From a virus (Duplodnaviria > Caudoviricetes), in IMG/VR virus record IMGVR_UViG_3300025103_000096, positions 1 through 30,968 of that record: a stretch of 30,968 nt of DNA. One strand, given 5' to 3'. How positions within the stretch are numbered: position 1 is the stretch's first letter; every line of letters begins with the position of its first letter. This document shows, piece after piece, positions 17,801 to 27,900 of this stretch. Below the pieces are notes generated by a model. It was not told the DNA's origin. It did not search any database and worked only from the letters and a program-made list of their open reading frames with translations. Position numbers and translations under genes: made by a program.

Positions 17801-20409
17801 CAATAGCTGATGCTAATAGCAAGAAGGAAAGGGAAATTGCTGACTTAAATGCCAAGATACAGGAGGAACAGAAATACGCTAGTGAAGCGGCGACTGCGGC
17901 AGCCAGAGAGCAAGCGGAAAGAAATATCAGGGCTTTACAGGATCGTGTTTCGGATGCGAAGGAGTATCAAGCGAATTTGCAGGCGGGGAGTGATGCCCTG
18001 CTAGCAGCTGCCACTAGAGCAAATGAGACGGATGGCAGCATGGGCAATGTCACCGTCAATGTCACCACGGGTGCAGTGAGTGTTGGTCAAAATGAAGTTA
18101 TCGGTGGTGATGGTAAGCCGAAGTACGAGACAGTAGATGCGAATGGGAATGTGTCCTACGACGATAAACCGTCACAGGGTGACCCTTGGGGCGATACTAG
18201 GTATGGCGGTCAAATCTCCAGTGGCGGTACTACTCCGGGTACTGGCGGTGGCTTTGGCATTCCCGGTGGTGGTGGGCCAAGTCATCCTGGACCCGGCTAT
18301 GAAACCGGTTATGACGATTACGGCAATCCAGTAACACGACCGACGCAACATCAGCCCGGCGGTGGTAACGGTCAAGGCGGTCAAGGCCAGACAGGTCAAG
18401 GTGGTCAAGGCAGCGGTACGTCCGACCCAACTAGGCCAACAAATCCATTCACAGAACCGAAGCCATGGGAGCCCGGTGGTGAAGGCTATATTCCTCAATC
18501 TGAAACCGATAAGCCAACAAATCCATTCACAGAACCGAAGCCATGGGAGCCCGGTGGTGAAGGCTATATTCCTCGATCTGAAACCGATAAGCAAACCGGC
18601 ACTGGAGGAGGAGCTGGAGGAGGAGCTGGAGGTTCAGGAGGATGGATTCTCGATGATAGTGGCAGGTGGATTGAAAGGACGGATACAGGAGGAACTAAAG
18701 GAGGACAAGAAGGAGGAACTGAAGAAGAAACTTGGTTGCCTCCCTTGGGTCAAGGAGAAGGATTCGGCGGCGGAGGTTTTGGCGGCGGTGGTATGGGCGA
18801 CGATGACACCTATTACCAAGACCTTGGCAGGCAGAACAAGCGCGGTGGTTTGGACCCAGCAAGTGACGCAGCTGCGACAGCAAATCACCTAGCTGCGGGC
18901 AACCCTTGGGGGCAAGGGAACTACAACGACTTCATGCAGGCTCAGTTAATGGGTGGTCAGAATGAAGGCTTACCCGGACTAGCGGATGCCGCTGGTGGTA
19001 GTGGCATGGGCGGTATGGGGATTGCCCAAGGCAGTGAAGGCGGTATGCAAGGTGCTGCTCAACCCCACGGCATGTCTGGATTTGCCGCAATGGAAGACAA
19101 GGTGTCTTTAGGGGGCAAGGGACAAGCTGCTCCTCAAGCAATGGGGATGATGGCCCCCGGTACTGGTCCATTGGGGAATCAAGGTCTAGGCGGTGTCATG
19201 GGCAGTCCAGTACCCGGTAGAGGATTTCCGGGTACTGGCATGGGAGACTATCAACCAATACCCACCCCAGAAGACATTGGCCCACGTGGTGGTATGCCGG
19301 GTCTTGGTGGCGGTGGATTTGTTGGTGGTCAACAGCTAGCAGCCGAAGAACCAATTAACGCCCAGCAGATGGCAGCGATGATGCCGGTCATGCCTAATGT
19401 AGGTGGCGATGGTAGTGCGCTTGGATTAGGCGTAGGTGGTATGTGGGATATTCACCAGACTGGCGTTAATAAGATTTATGGTCCGGGTGGAGTGTTAGAC
19501 CGATCCAGCCAAGGCGGTGGCGGCGGAGGTGGAGGCGGAGGTGGACTCGTTGCTGGCGGTGGAGGTGGGGGAGACGGTGGAGGTGGGGGAGACGGTGGTG
19601 GTGGGGGAGACGGTGGTGGTCAACGCCCACGCCCTTGGAGTCAAGACGTAATCCATCCAGAAGCTGATCCCCGTGACATCGCTGGCCAAGGCGGCAGAAG
19701 ACCATTGTTACCCGGAGTACCGGGCGGTGGTGGCTTTGGGACAGGTGAAGCGGAGTGGCGGAATTTTGACCAAGACAACACGGCAGCGATTACTGCCGCA
19801 ACGAATAGGAAGCGTAAGGAACTCGCTGAAAGCGGTGGTAACCAATGGGAAGGTTGGGACTTCGCCAGCCAAGGCGGTGGCGGTGGAGGTGGCGGTATAG
19901 TCGCTGGCGGTGGTGGCGGTTTTGATTCCGATTACGTCGGTAAAGGCGCACCCGGTGGTGGGATGGTGAATCCATATTCTGGACCCAATGGTGGCCAAGG
20001 GCAGATACTTACCAGTACAGGTGGCTACGTCAATCCCAGCATGTTCGTCCGTAATACGGGCCAAGGTGGCGGTAGCACTACACCCAATACGGGTGCTGGT
20101 AATCAATGGGATCGATGGGACTTCGCCAAGCAAGGTGGTGGCAGTTCTCCTGCACTGAATCAAAGCGTGGTCAGTCAAGCTGCACCAAGCCTACAAACCG
20201 GTGGTGGTTTCCAAGCACCTGCTGGCCTAGCTGGACTAAGCAACCAAGCCAGTGGTATACCAACGGCTCCTAATCAAAGTGTGGTCAGTTTAGCGGCTCC
20301 ACAGAGCCTCCCTGCTGCACCAGGAATGGCAACCGCTGGACTCAACTCGTTAGCCACTAAAGCGAAGAAGCCCCGAAATATAACACTCAATCAAATGTAC
20401 CGTAAGTAG
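14836..20409 (+). CDS. 1857-aa Gly/Ala/Gln-rich putative DNA-ejection (pilot) protein
   Basis: GAGG RBS. 11-residue helical repeats, ARGMDNT motif, charged coiled coil, long Gly/Pro-rich C-terminal half. Position is typical of internal virion proteins. Confidence 0.65.
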   Translation: MALTETGGKAERPAPDREPPKYQKSLIDWVRKSFEDARAKGNAANEARYGQILSHYSSLEADQKERWSGIDERFDKLVANLDTRSDNIGEQIAEIADTAIKEVTGRGKERIEDVARKYDTGRKGLQDLSDKATGDIKGVGEEAREGVRARGKADLADLRRQAEGVGDRAREDYKGVEGRAGSGYKGVEDRAGGRYDSLGDEVTGKYEDLAGKVGEDFKGVEDRGRAERKGTEAEVLGGYKGQQAQQKTGSAAAKSELGQLFGRAKGEQAAAAEEGIGETKSRFARGGQEVRKDYSEAEKRAGGLSAKLSSEIGKLSSSALKDLSARAEGRLKDLGGDYEGFAGEQQDRMAAGREQVGGRMGALRGEQAGLFGEERERATGAASAGREQVTGEYAAGREEAGGRYAGRTERGLGMYGDMGDAALARIDRQFDEQKEKTIAKIQQSMIARGMDNTTVRQAVDRAEADIERNRQEAIANVESNVRQQQAGAFERLSGTEQAAQDRLQAAGLGAGAQMTSAELAGDRQLGGQGLASAERLGQADIGAEAQAIGRADAAGQQIGLAGLAQQAAGTQGISAAEQAIGRQALGEQTGALRQGGAAQLGLTAESARAAAGMTQAGLNAEQQQAMAKLSSGIALSQQEIASIQGIIGRDLAAQQQTGLAGLSAQERMAQGRAAAGQQAGLAGAAAGAQLGQAGVAAGQQIGQQGAAAQQQAAMAGMSAQQQAAMAGAGAGTQTGLAGLSAQAAGQGALLGADRALAGQTAAGQFGQIGQGSSQQAAMLGQELGERGTGQRQLTGIEGQLAGQGAGGAIGNLAQQQAAQSAVGQQQIGSAEAAGLGLSQTAQNRMDFMERRTDDIPPWESYAEMVKAAGAAGHGVGSVGGAVPTGPTGPTFAQQQMAAQNEWMRNQAVAGQQARVEREAAEREARKQQFRDRAEERQDVRDAEAKKRIDAREQEEDRAEERGREADRLERQSKTAEERRTADFDKHSGAIADANSKKEREIADLNAKIQEEQKYASEAATAAAREQAERNIRALQDRVSDAKEYQANLQAGSDALLAAATRANETDGSMGNVTVNVTTGAVSVGQNEVIGGDGKPKYETVDANGNVSYDDKPSQGDPWGDTRYGGQISSGGTTPGTGGGFGIPGGGGPSHPGPGYETGYDDYGNPVTRPTQHQPGGGNGQGGQGQTGQGGQGSGTSDPTRPTNPFTEPKPWEPGGEGYIPQSETDKPTNPFTEPKPWEPGGEGYIPRSETDKQTGTGGGAGGGAGGSGGWILDDSGRWIERTDTGGTKGGQEGGTEEETWLPPLGQGEGFGGGGFGGGGMGDDDTYYQDLGRQNKRGGLDPASDAAATANHLAAGNPWGQGNYNDFMQAQLMGGQNEGLPGLADAAGGSGMGGMGIAQGSEGGMQGAAQPHGMSGFAAMEDKVSLGGKGQAAPQAMGMMAPGTGPLGNQGLGGVMGSPVPGRGFPGTGMGDYQPIPTPEDIGPRGGMPGLGGGGFVGGQQLAAEEPINAQQMAAMMPVMPNVGGDGSALGLGVGGMWDIHQTGVNKIYGPGGVLDRSSQGGGGGGGGGGGLVAGGGGGGDGGGGGDGGGGGDGGGQRPRPWSQDVIHPEADPRDIAGQGGRRPLLPGVPGGGGFGTGEAEWRNFDQDNTAAITAATNRKRKELAESGGNQWEGWDFASQGGGGGGGGIVAGGGGGFDSDYVGKGAPGGGMVNPYSGPNGGQGQILTSTGGYVNPSMFVRNTGQGGGSTTPNTGAGNQWDRWDFAKQGGGSSPALNQSVVSQAAPSLQTGGGFQAPAGLAGLSNQASGIPTAPNQSVVSLAAPQSLPAAPGMATAGLNSLATKAKKPRNITLNQMYRK
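18436..18591 (+). repeat. 78-bp tandem duplication (2 copies, 1 mismatch), in frame
   Basis: 18436-18513 and 18514-18591 encode PTNPFTEPKPWEPGGEGYIP(Q/R)SETDK twice. Confidence 0.95.
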
Positions 20410-20418
20410 GAACACCTT

Positions 20419-21930
20419 ATGCCAATTAGAGTCGAACACGGACCAAACCTAGCACCGATTGGGAAGCTCGCTTACCAGACAGGGCAGCTTGAGTATCGCA
20501 ATAAACGGCGTACAGAACTAGAACGTCTTGCCATGCAGCAGGCTGAGATGCGTCAGCGGGCACAGCAGCAACAGAATCAGATCGCAGCTTCTCTGCGTGG
20601 TCAGAAGATGACCCAGATGGGTGCTATGCAGCGTCTTCAGATGCAGCAGCAGTATGGACAGGTTAATGCTGACCAAGCGTTCCAGAGACAGCTTCAGCTT
20701 GCAGAGGACTCTCGTACCCATAGTCTTAATCTCTCCAAGCAGTATGGTCAGAATGCGATAGACTCGGCTCAGTTGGCACATGGATTAGCATCTAAACGTG
20801 ACCTTAACCGTATTCGTTGGAACCAGACTGTATCCGACTACGACAATATCCTAAACAGTGCTGGCAAGCAGGAGCAGTTGAGTTTATTCCAGCGTCGTGT
20901 TGGGATGGAAAATGATGATCGTATTCCACCGGATCAGTTACAGGGCAAGCTGGACGAATTAGACCAGCAGATTGTTGGTTTAGCGGATAACCCTCTTTAC
21001 CGGATTGGTCGTGAGAAGGAACCGGGATACAGTGAGGAGTATGGCATCGCTGATGATGGCGTTAATTACACTCATTTGCGTACACGTAATGCTGAAGGTA
21101 TTTGGGAATATGAGCCTAATCTTGTGAGGCGAACACAGATAACCGACGATCAGGGTCAAGAGCAATGGGTAGAAGATAAGATAAATCAAGCCGATTGGCA
21201 GCATGATAGTGTAAAGATTTCACGTCGTGATGGTCAGATGATTATCACTCAAGCTGACCCGTACAGTAACAAACTGACGACAAGGGTAGTAGATGATCCT
21301 AATGTCAAGTTAGAACAAGACGCTGCTGAAGCGGCTCAGAAAGAAGCGGATGCTGATAAGAAAGCTAGGGATGACCACTATAGACAGCAAGAGGAATTGA
21401 GACGGGAGAGGGTTCAGGATGAAGGTGAATCTTTTGATACGATGCCGCATGAATGGCATAGCAACCGTCCCTTTATAGAGATACCTAGTGACATAGAGTC
21501 TCTCAGACCTCCTCCTGAGCCGCATGATTTTACTCCTGAAGACAGACCCATTAAGTTAGGTCAAGGTACTCCTGCTGAAGCACAATCATTCATTGACAAA
21601 GGCTATGTCCCTATGCGTTTAGAGTCGGGTGATCTCTGGATGGTACCACCTAACAAGGTAGAAGAAGTACGTGGTCGTTTGCAGGAAAGAGGTATTAATG
21701 AAATAGGGGGTGGAGGACAGTCAGGTGCTGGAATGCCTGGACTTGGTGGTGGAGGTTTCTCAGGTGGAGCACCTGCTGCCCCAATAGCCCCTCAAGCCCC
21801 TGCTGCTGGCCCCGCACAAGCAATGGGAAATCCAAGCAATCCATGGCCACCTGAAAAGGCACACCTCGCCAAAGTTGGAGATATGATGATTCCAGCACCT
21901 GGTGTACCACCAATGGTTAAAGAATTTTAG
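20419..21930 (+). CDS. Putative internal virion/ejection protein
   Basis: AGGA RBS. Gln-rich coiled-coil N-terminus, Pro/Gly/Ala-rich C-terminus. Lies between the two giant genes. Confidence 0.62.
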   Translation: MPIRVEHGPNLAPIGKLAYQTGQLEYRNKRRTELERLAMQQAEMRQRAQQQQNQIAASLRGQKMTQMGAMQRLQMQQQYGQVNADQAFQRQLQLAEDSRTHSLNLSKQYGQNAIDSAQLAHGLASKRDLNRIRWNQTVSDYDNILNSAGKQEQLSLFQRRVGMENDDRIPPDQLQGKLDELDQQIVGLADNPLYRIGREKEPGYSEEYGIADDGVNYTHLRTRNAEGIWEYEPNLVRRTQITDDQGQEQWVEDKINQADWQHDSVKISRRDGQMIITQADPYSNKLTTRVVDDPNVKLEQDAAEAAQKEADADKKARDDHYRQQEELRRERVQDEGESFDTMPHEWHSNRPFIEIPSDIESLRPPPEPHDFTPEDRPIKLGQGTPAEAQSFIDKGYVPMRLESGDLWMVPPNKVEEVRGRLQERGINEIGGGGQSGAGMPGLGGGGFSGGAPAAPIAPQAPAAGPAQAMGNPSNPWPPEKAHLAKVGDMMIPAPGVPPMVKEF

Positions 21931-21939
21931 GAGTAAGTC

Positions 21940-24900
21940 GTGCCGGAAACGTATTCTTGGACAGATATTAGTGACGCTGCTAACACTGCCCGATTCTATA
22001 AGTTCAAAGACACTACGCCTATTACCTATGGTGATAAGTCTTTTGCTCACCTGACTCCTCAGAAACGTACCGAGTTATGGGAATCAGGTTTACGTCCTCC
22101 CCATGGATCATGGAAGGCATTACATCCTGATGACATGAGTCTTGGGGAGGGGATTCCCGTTGACACGATGCGACGATCCCAGTTCATTAATCAAGGCTAT
22201 ACAGAGCAGGTAAGTAACTCAGGTAACCATAGACCCAAGTCTGAGTGGACAGAAGAACAACATCAATTAGAGTTAGAAGCATCTGCACCTAGGTCAGAGC
22301 CTCTCCCTTGGCATCGCAAGGACTACAACAATGGTGAGAAGTTACAGGGTGCTATAGAGTGGATACGTGAAAAAGCCGAGACTGATAATGACTTCAGGGT
22401 TGGTATGCGTTCTACAGATGTAATGAAGGGATTAGTAACCCGATTGCCCCTTGGCTTTGGCGTACCGGAGTTTATGGAGGCATGGAGTAGTTTCGGTGCC
22501 ATAGATCGCATCTATGAAGACAAGGCTACACCAGTAGACTATTTCAAGTTTGCTAACGACATAGTACTTGAGGAGATGAAGGAAAAAGACCCTCGTGCGA
22601 CAAAGGTTCTCCGTGGTGCTGCTCATATGCCTGCGTTCATAGCTGATATGTATATCACTCGTGGTGCTGGTATAGGGATAAAATCATTTGGGATGAAGGG
22701 CCTTACGGCAATGGCAAAGAAGCTAGGCGAGAAGAAGTTCAAATCCTTGATGGCTAACATGGCATTCAAGGCTGCTAAGAATGTACTCCCCAAGGCAGCT
22801 GAGGCGGGTGTGTACGCAGGTGTGGTCGATGTAGGGAGTACGGCTGCTGATGCAATACCCCAGCGTGACATACGATTTGATGTCGATCCTGAGACACATA
22901 AGATTGCGGGATTTAAGGATACTGAAAAAGAGCACCTAGCTAACTCCCTGCTACGTTCTGTAACCAATAAGATGATTGAGTACGGTGTTGAGAGGTGGAC
23001 TGGAAAGACTATAATGGGAGGATACAGGGGTGCTAAGAACCTACTGCGTCCTGCGTCACAGGGTGGTGCATCTGTCTCTAGGGGTGGTAAGACAGTGTTT
23101 GAGGGTACACCTTGGGCTGAAAGTGATTCTAAGTGGTTCGACGAAGTTAAAAAAGCTACTATTTATAAACTGGGTCCTTCGGGTAAACAATCAGCCATTG
23201 GTTTTAATGGGATAGTGGGTGAAATTGGTGAAGAGCGAGTCACTGAAATTCTCCAAGCAGCCAATGAAGCTGTATTCGGTAAGCTACCCGGTGCTCGTGA
23301 AGGTGGTGACCAGCGTGCTTGGGAACGTATGGGGATGACGGGCATAGGAATAGACCTAGCTGGTCACGCCACAGGTCTATCCGAGATGCAACCAGAGGAA
23401 TTGGACAGCCGCATTGACGACTTTAAGACGGCAGCGGCTACTGAGGCTGTATCCTTTGGTGGTCTTCACGCTGCAACTAAAGGTGGCTTAGGTGCTCAAG
23501 CGGCAGCGGCAGCTAAAGGTGAGTTATACGAAGACCCTGCAAAGCCTGATAAAGGTGCTACACTCAACTATTTCAAAGACCCTCTCATGGCTCTTGAAGG
23601 TAGTGAGCGCATGAACGAAGAGGTTCAGGATTTATTACCCCAAGTTGTCCCCGGTGACGAGAGTATAGGTCCTAACGGAGAAACGATTATCGGTGACCCG
23701 ACCTTGACTGAACCAAAGACATCACGCAGGGACTTTGAGGCTATTAAGTTACCTGATGGTACATCTTTGCTAGACCACTTCCCACGTCAATCACAGCGAG
23801 AGGGTTACCTGAAGGACGTGGATCGACTCAACCGTAAGAAACAGGAGGACATGCAAGATGCTTATGACGAACGAGCACGTAAGTGGACACAGGACAGGGA
23901 GGCTGAGGATGAGCAGGCACGCCTTGAAGCAAAACAAAAAGAGGAATTTTTTGCCCCAATTCCTTTTGAAGAAGCACCCTTACCGGAACCAACGCCAGTA
24001 GAACCACCACCTGTTATTGAGCAGGAAGCACAGCAGCCTGCCGCTATAGAATCACCACCCACAGCACCTGTAGAAGCCCCTCCTGTTAGACAGCAGGAGG
24101 CTCCCCAGCAGGAGGCTGAAGTAGAAGGCGAGGTTGGAGTCGATTTCCTCTATGACGTTAAGGGAAACCGAGTGCCGATTGAAGTCACTGACCGTTCTGA
24201 AGATGGGGCAACGGTGCGTTATCGCCTTGAAGATGGCACTGAAGGTATAAGTGATGCCACGGCTGGCCACGGTTCTAATCCATTATCAATGGTAGATATT
24301 ACCAGTCCTGACTATGAATTTCAGGGAATAGAAGGTACTCCGAAAATATCTACCATACCAACGGCAGACTTGGAAATAATTCTTGAGAAACGAAAAAAGA
24401 GTCTTGAAGAAACAATGGATGTATGGGACAGAGAAGGCGCACCGCTATTTGCTTTGAAAGCCATAAACGCTATCCAATCAGAGTTAAAGCGACGTGAACA
24501 AGCAGCGACACAGCCTGCCCCTGTAGAAGCACCTCCTGTCATTCAGCAACCTGCCCCTGTAGCCGAGCAGCACCACCCAGACGTTCCTGAACAAGAGATA
24601 GCAGAACGAGAAGCAGAGCAGATACCTGACCATGTAATCGACATAGAACAGGACAAGAAGGATGTAGCCACTGCACTAGGGTTTAGTCGTGTTGACGTAA
24701 TGTCACGATTCCCTGGTATGAATGTTCAAGAAAAGGATGGTGACTACTACATCAATCTTAAAAATGGCCCGATTCGCATCACTGGTCAGGAGAGTATCTA
24801 TCATTCGGATCGTGTATTAGAGTCTATGTACAATGACCGTTTGGGCATAAAGGACTATCGTATTACTAAGTCTGGTAGGAAGCTAAGTTTCGAGGAAGTG

Positions 24901-27900
24901 CACCCTACCTTAGAATCCTATATTGAAGCCCATCGAGCAGGTCGAGGTGACGTTGCTAGTATAGAAAAGCCTAGTGAAGCTGACCTAGATAAAGAAGCTA
25001 CATTTGATGTGCTCGCTACGATACGTATTGCTAACTCTGATTGGCACAGGGCTAACACTGACCAATTAGAAACATTGCAGCATGAGGTGATTCACTACTC
25101 ACACCTTGGTGGTCTGTGGTCTAAACCTGAGTGGGATGCCTTGGTGTCAAAGTATAGTGACCCTAAAAAGAGTGTACGCCAACAGTCGGAGGACATAGCG
25201 AGGAAAGGTCAGTCATGGGTTAAGCCGGACATCATCCAGAAGATTACTGACTGGGTTAATAAGACATTACATCATCTGACAAAGGGCGTAGTAAAGTTAA
25301 AGTACGAGGCAGTACAGAATCTATTATTCTCTAAGGGATTCTTTCAGGATCGCACGTCAGGTGTGTTCAGTGAGGGTACGTTAGCTGCTCGTGACGCACC
25401 GATGGCTATGGCAGAGTCTGACATAGACCCTGTAAAACCTCGTACTCTTCGTCACTCTGACGCTAAATTTGGCGACCCTGATTATATGGATGCGTTGGTC
25501 TTTGAAATATTATTGGACGAGAAACAGTACGATGTTGCCGGTAGGCACTACGACAAGATGACGAAGGAAGCCAATGATAAGGCAGACGCTGAGAGGAAAG
25601 CCAAGGGGTTAGCTAAAAAGAGAAAAGCATTACCTTATTACCAAATGACTCGTGAGGAGTTTGAAGAGACTGGTGAGGTTTTATATCACGGCACTAGTCG
25701 CTTGTTTGATGAGTTTGACTGGGAGAAGGCTAAGACTAGAACTGGTGGTTCACAAAAAGAACTTTCGGATTTCAAGTCTAAACAGACTGGCACCGAAGGA
25801 AATCTAAGCCGGTTCTACTTCACTGATAATAAGCGTGTGGCAGAAACCTTTGCTCATGAAACAGGTGGAATGATCGAGGTGAATTTGGCTGAGGTTATTA
25901 TGTATGAAGAAAGAGTATATGGCCAGACACAATGGGACAACGAAGAGCAGGGCGGAGATGTTCTAACTGCATATAAAGCAGCTATCCGTAAAGCAATGAA
26001 GGCTAAAAACCTTGATCTGAAGTACATGAATGAAGATGGTGAACTGGTAGATGCGAAGGACCCCGATGATATAAAAGATTTCTGGTGGTGGGAAGAAGGG
26101 GTCAGTATCCTCCTGTACCCTTCTGGGAATAAGCCTCGTGTAATTGAAACCAAGGTCTATGGTCGAACATTGGACCTTAGAGAAGGTAAGAAGCGTCCAG
26201 ATAACTTCCCTAGTAAACTTGAAAATGTACTAGGAACACTTAGTTATCAGCACGAATACAGTCCTATGTTAATTAAGTGGGCTAGGGATAATGGTTACGG
26301 TAAAATCCGTGTCGAAGACCATGGGACATCAGGTGGTGAGAGCATCATAGGACTTCAGGAGTTCATTGGTCATAAAGCCGATCCACATAAAGAGATAGTC
26401 CAGCGGGCATTGAATGCTGGTCATGATGTTCCCACAGAAGCATCGAGTAGTTACGAGGGCATCCAAGCTGAAGATGGTCCAACTATATTTGCAATGGCAG
26501 AGTCTGACATAGACCCTGATGCACCTAAAGAGCGTACACCACGCCAGAAACGTGGAGATGCCTTTGGTGAGCCACGTGGTCGTGCTGCTAACCCATGGAA
26601 CAAGCTAGACAATCCAGAGGAGTGGCAGGAATTTGAGGACGAGCTAACTGAGCTACGGGACACTCACGACAAGGATAAGGACACACGTACTGTAGAGAGT
26701 ATCGTAGAGGAACTAGCTGAAAGACGTAAAGAGCCACAGGCTGATGAGGAGTTCATAAATGAGATGATTGAGAAGTTCGATAAAGACCCCTTGTATGCTC
26801 CGAGTGTCTGGGAGAATGAGTGGTTACGTCAACTTAATATCGAACTTCGTTTAGGTGACTTATCACAGATACAACGAGCGATCATGGATGTGGGTCGCAT
26901 GTACGCTAAGGGTCGTAGTAATCTTGGCCTTTCAATGGGATTCAGTTTATCTCGTGATGCGAACAATGAGAAGTCAGCCCCACGTAGACGGTTTAACGTC
27001 ATTGCTAAAATATTAGATGACGACCCTGTAGAGAGCTATACAGACAGGTTTGACAAAGAAGGCAAGGAGGAAAGAGAAAAGGGTAGACAGTCAGCAAGAG
27101 ATGACTTTGACCTAGAGAATGCTGGTCTGGAAACAGGCACTCAGGACATTGGTGGTCCGTGGGTTGCAGGAACAGGGGAGGGTACAGGTACAGGTACAGG
27201 TACAGGTACAGGTACAGGTACAGGTACAGGTACAGGTACGGGTACAGGTACGGGAACAGGTGCGGGAACAGGTACGGGAACAGGTACGGGTACAGGTACT
27301 ACACCGAGCACCGGCACTAAGAAGCCTCCAGCATACCCTGGACCTCGACGAAAGCAACCGGGTCAGCAGGATACAGGCACTAAACCTACTACCACTACCA
27401 CCACGGGCAAGGGTAAAGGCAAGGGAACTACACCACGTCGCCTCAAAAACCGTGTGTACGCTCCTAAAGACAGTTTAGTATGGCAGATGAGTGATAAGGC
27501 ACGTAAAGCCTACATCGCAGAGAAGGCACGTCTGAAGCGAATAAAGGAACTGGTCGAGTCTGCGGGATACACCTTTGATCTTAAAGGCATTCGAGAATTG
27601 GTAAGGGATGCTGATGCCTTTGAAAAGATACTGCCTAAGTTGGTAATGACATCAAATAATAAAGACAAAGGCTGGGCTATCATAGCCATGTACACTGAGT
27701 ACCACAAAGGTGCAATGCTCAGTGGTCTATCAACGGGTATTATCAACTTAGCATCTCCATTGGCTTGGTCTACATATCGAAATGCTCTTGAGTCACCTAT
27801 ATCCGCTATCCTCAACAGTACTATTGCCATGATAAAAGGCAAGGACGTTAAGGATGTTAAGGGTCTGCTGGTGAGAGATTACTGGGGAGTGACAAAGAAG

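Noticed and set aside
18436-18591. Possible CRISPR-like array
   Set aside because: Two adjacent in-frame copies with no spacers and no cas genes.
25408-26518. Direct repeats as IS target duplication, att sites, intein ends or a DGR template/variable pair
   Set aside because: No transposase, integrase or reverse transcriptase seen, no intein C/S...HN termini, and no adenine-specific mismatches.
27112-27478. QVQVQV and TCTCTC ORFs
   Set aside because: Alternate-frame readings of the GGTACA repeat inside the giant gene.
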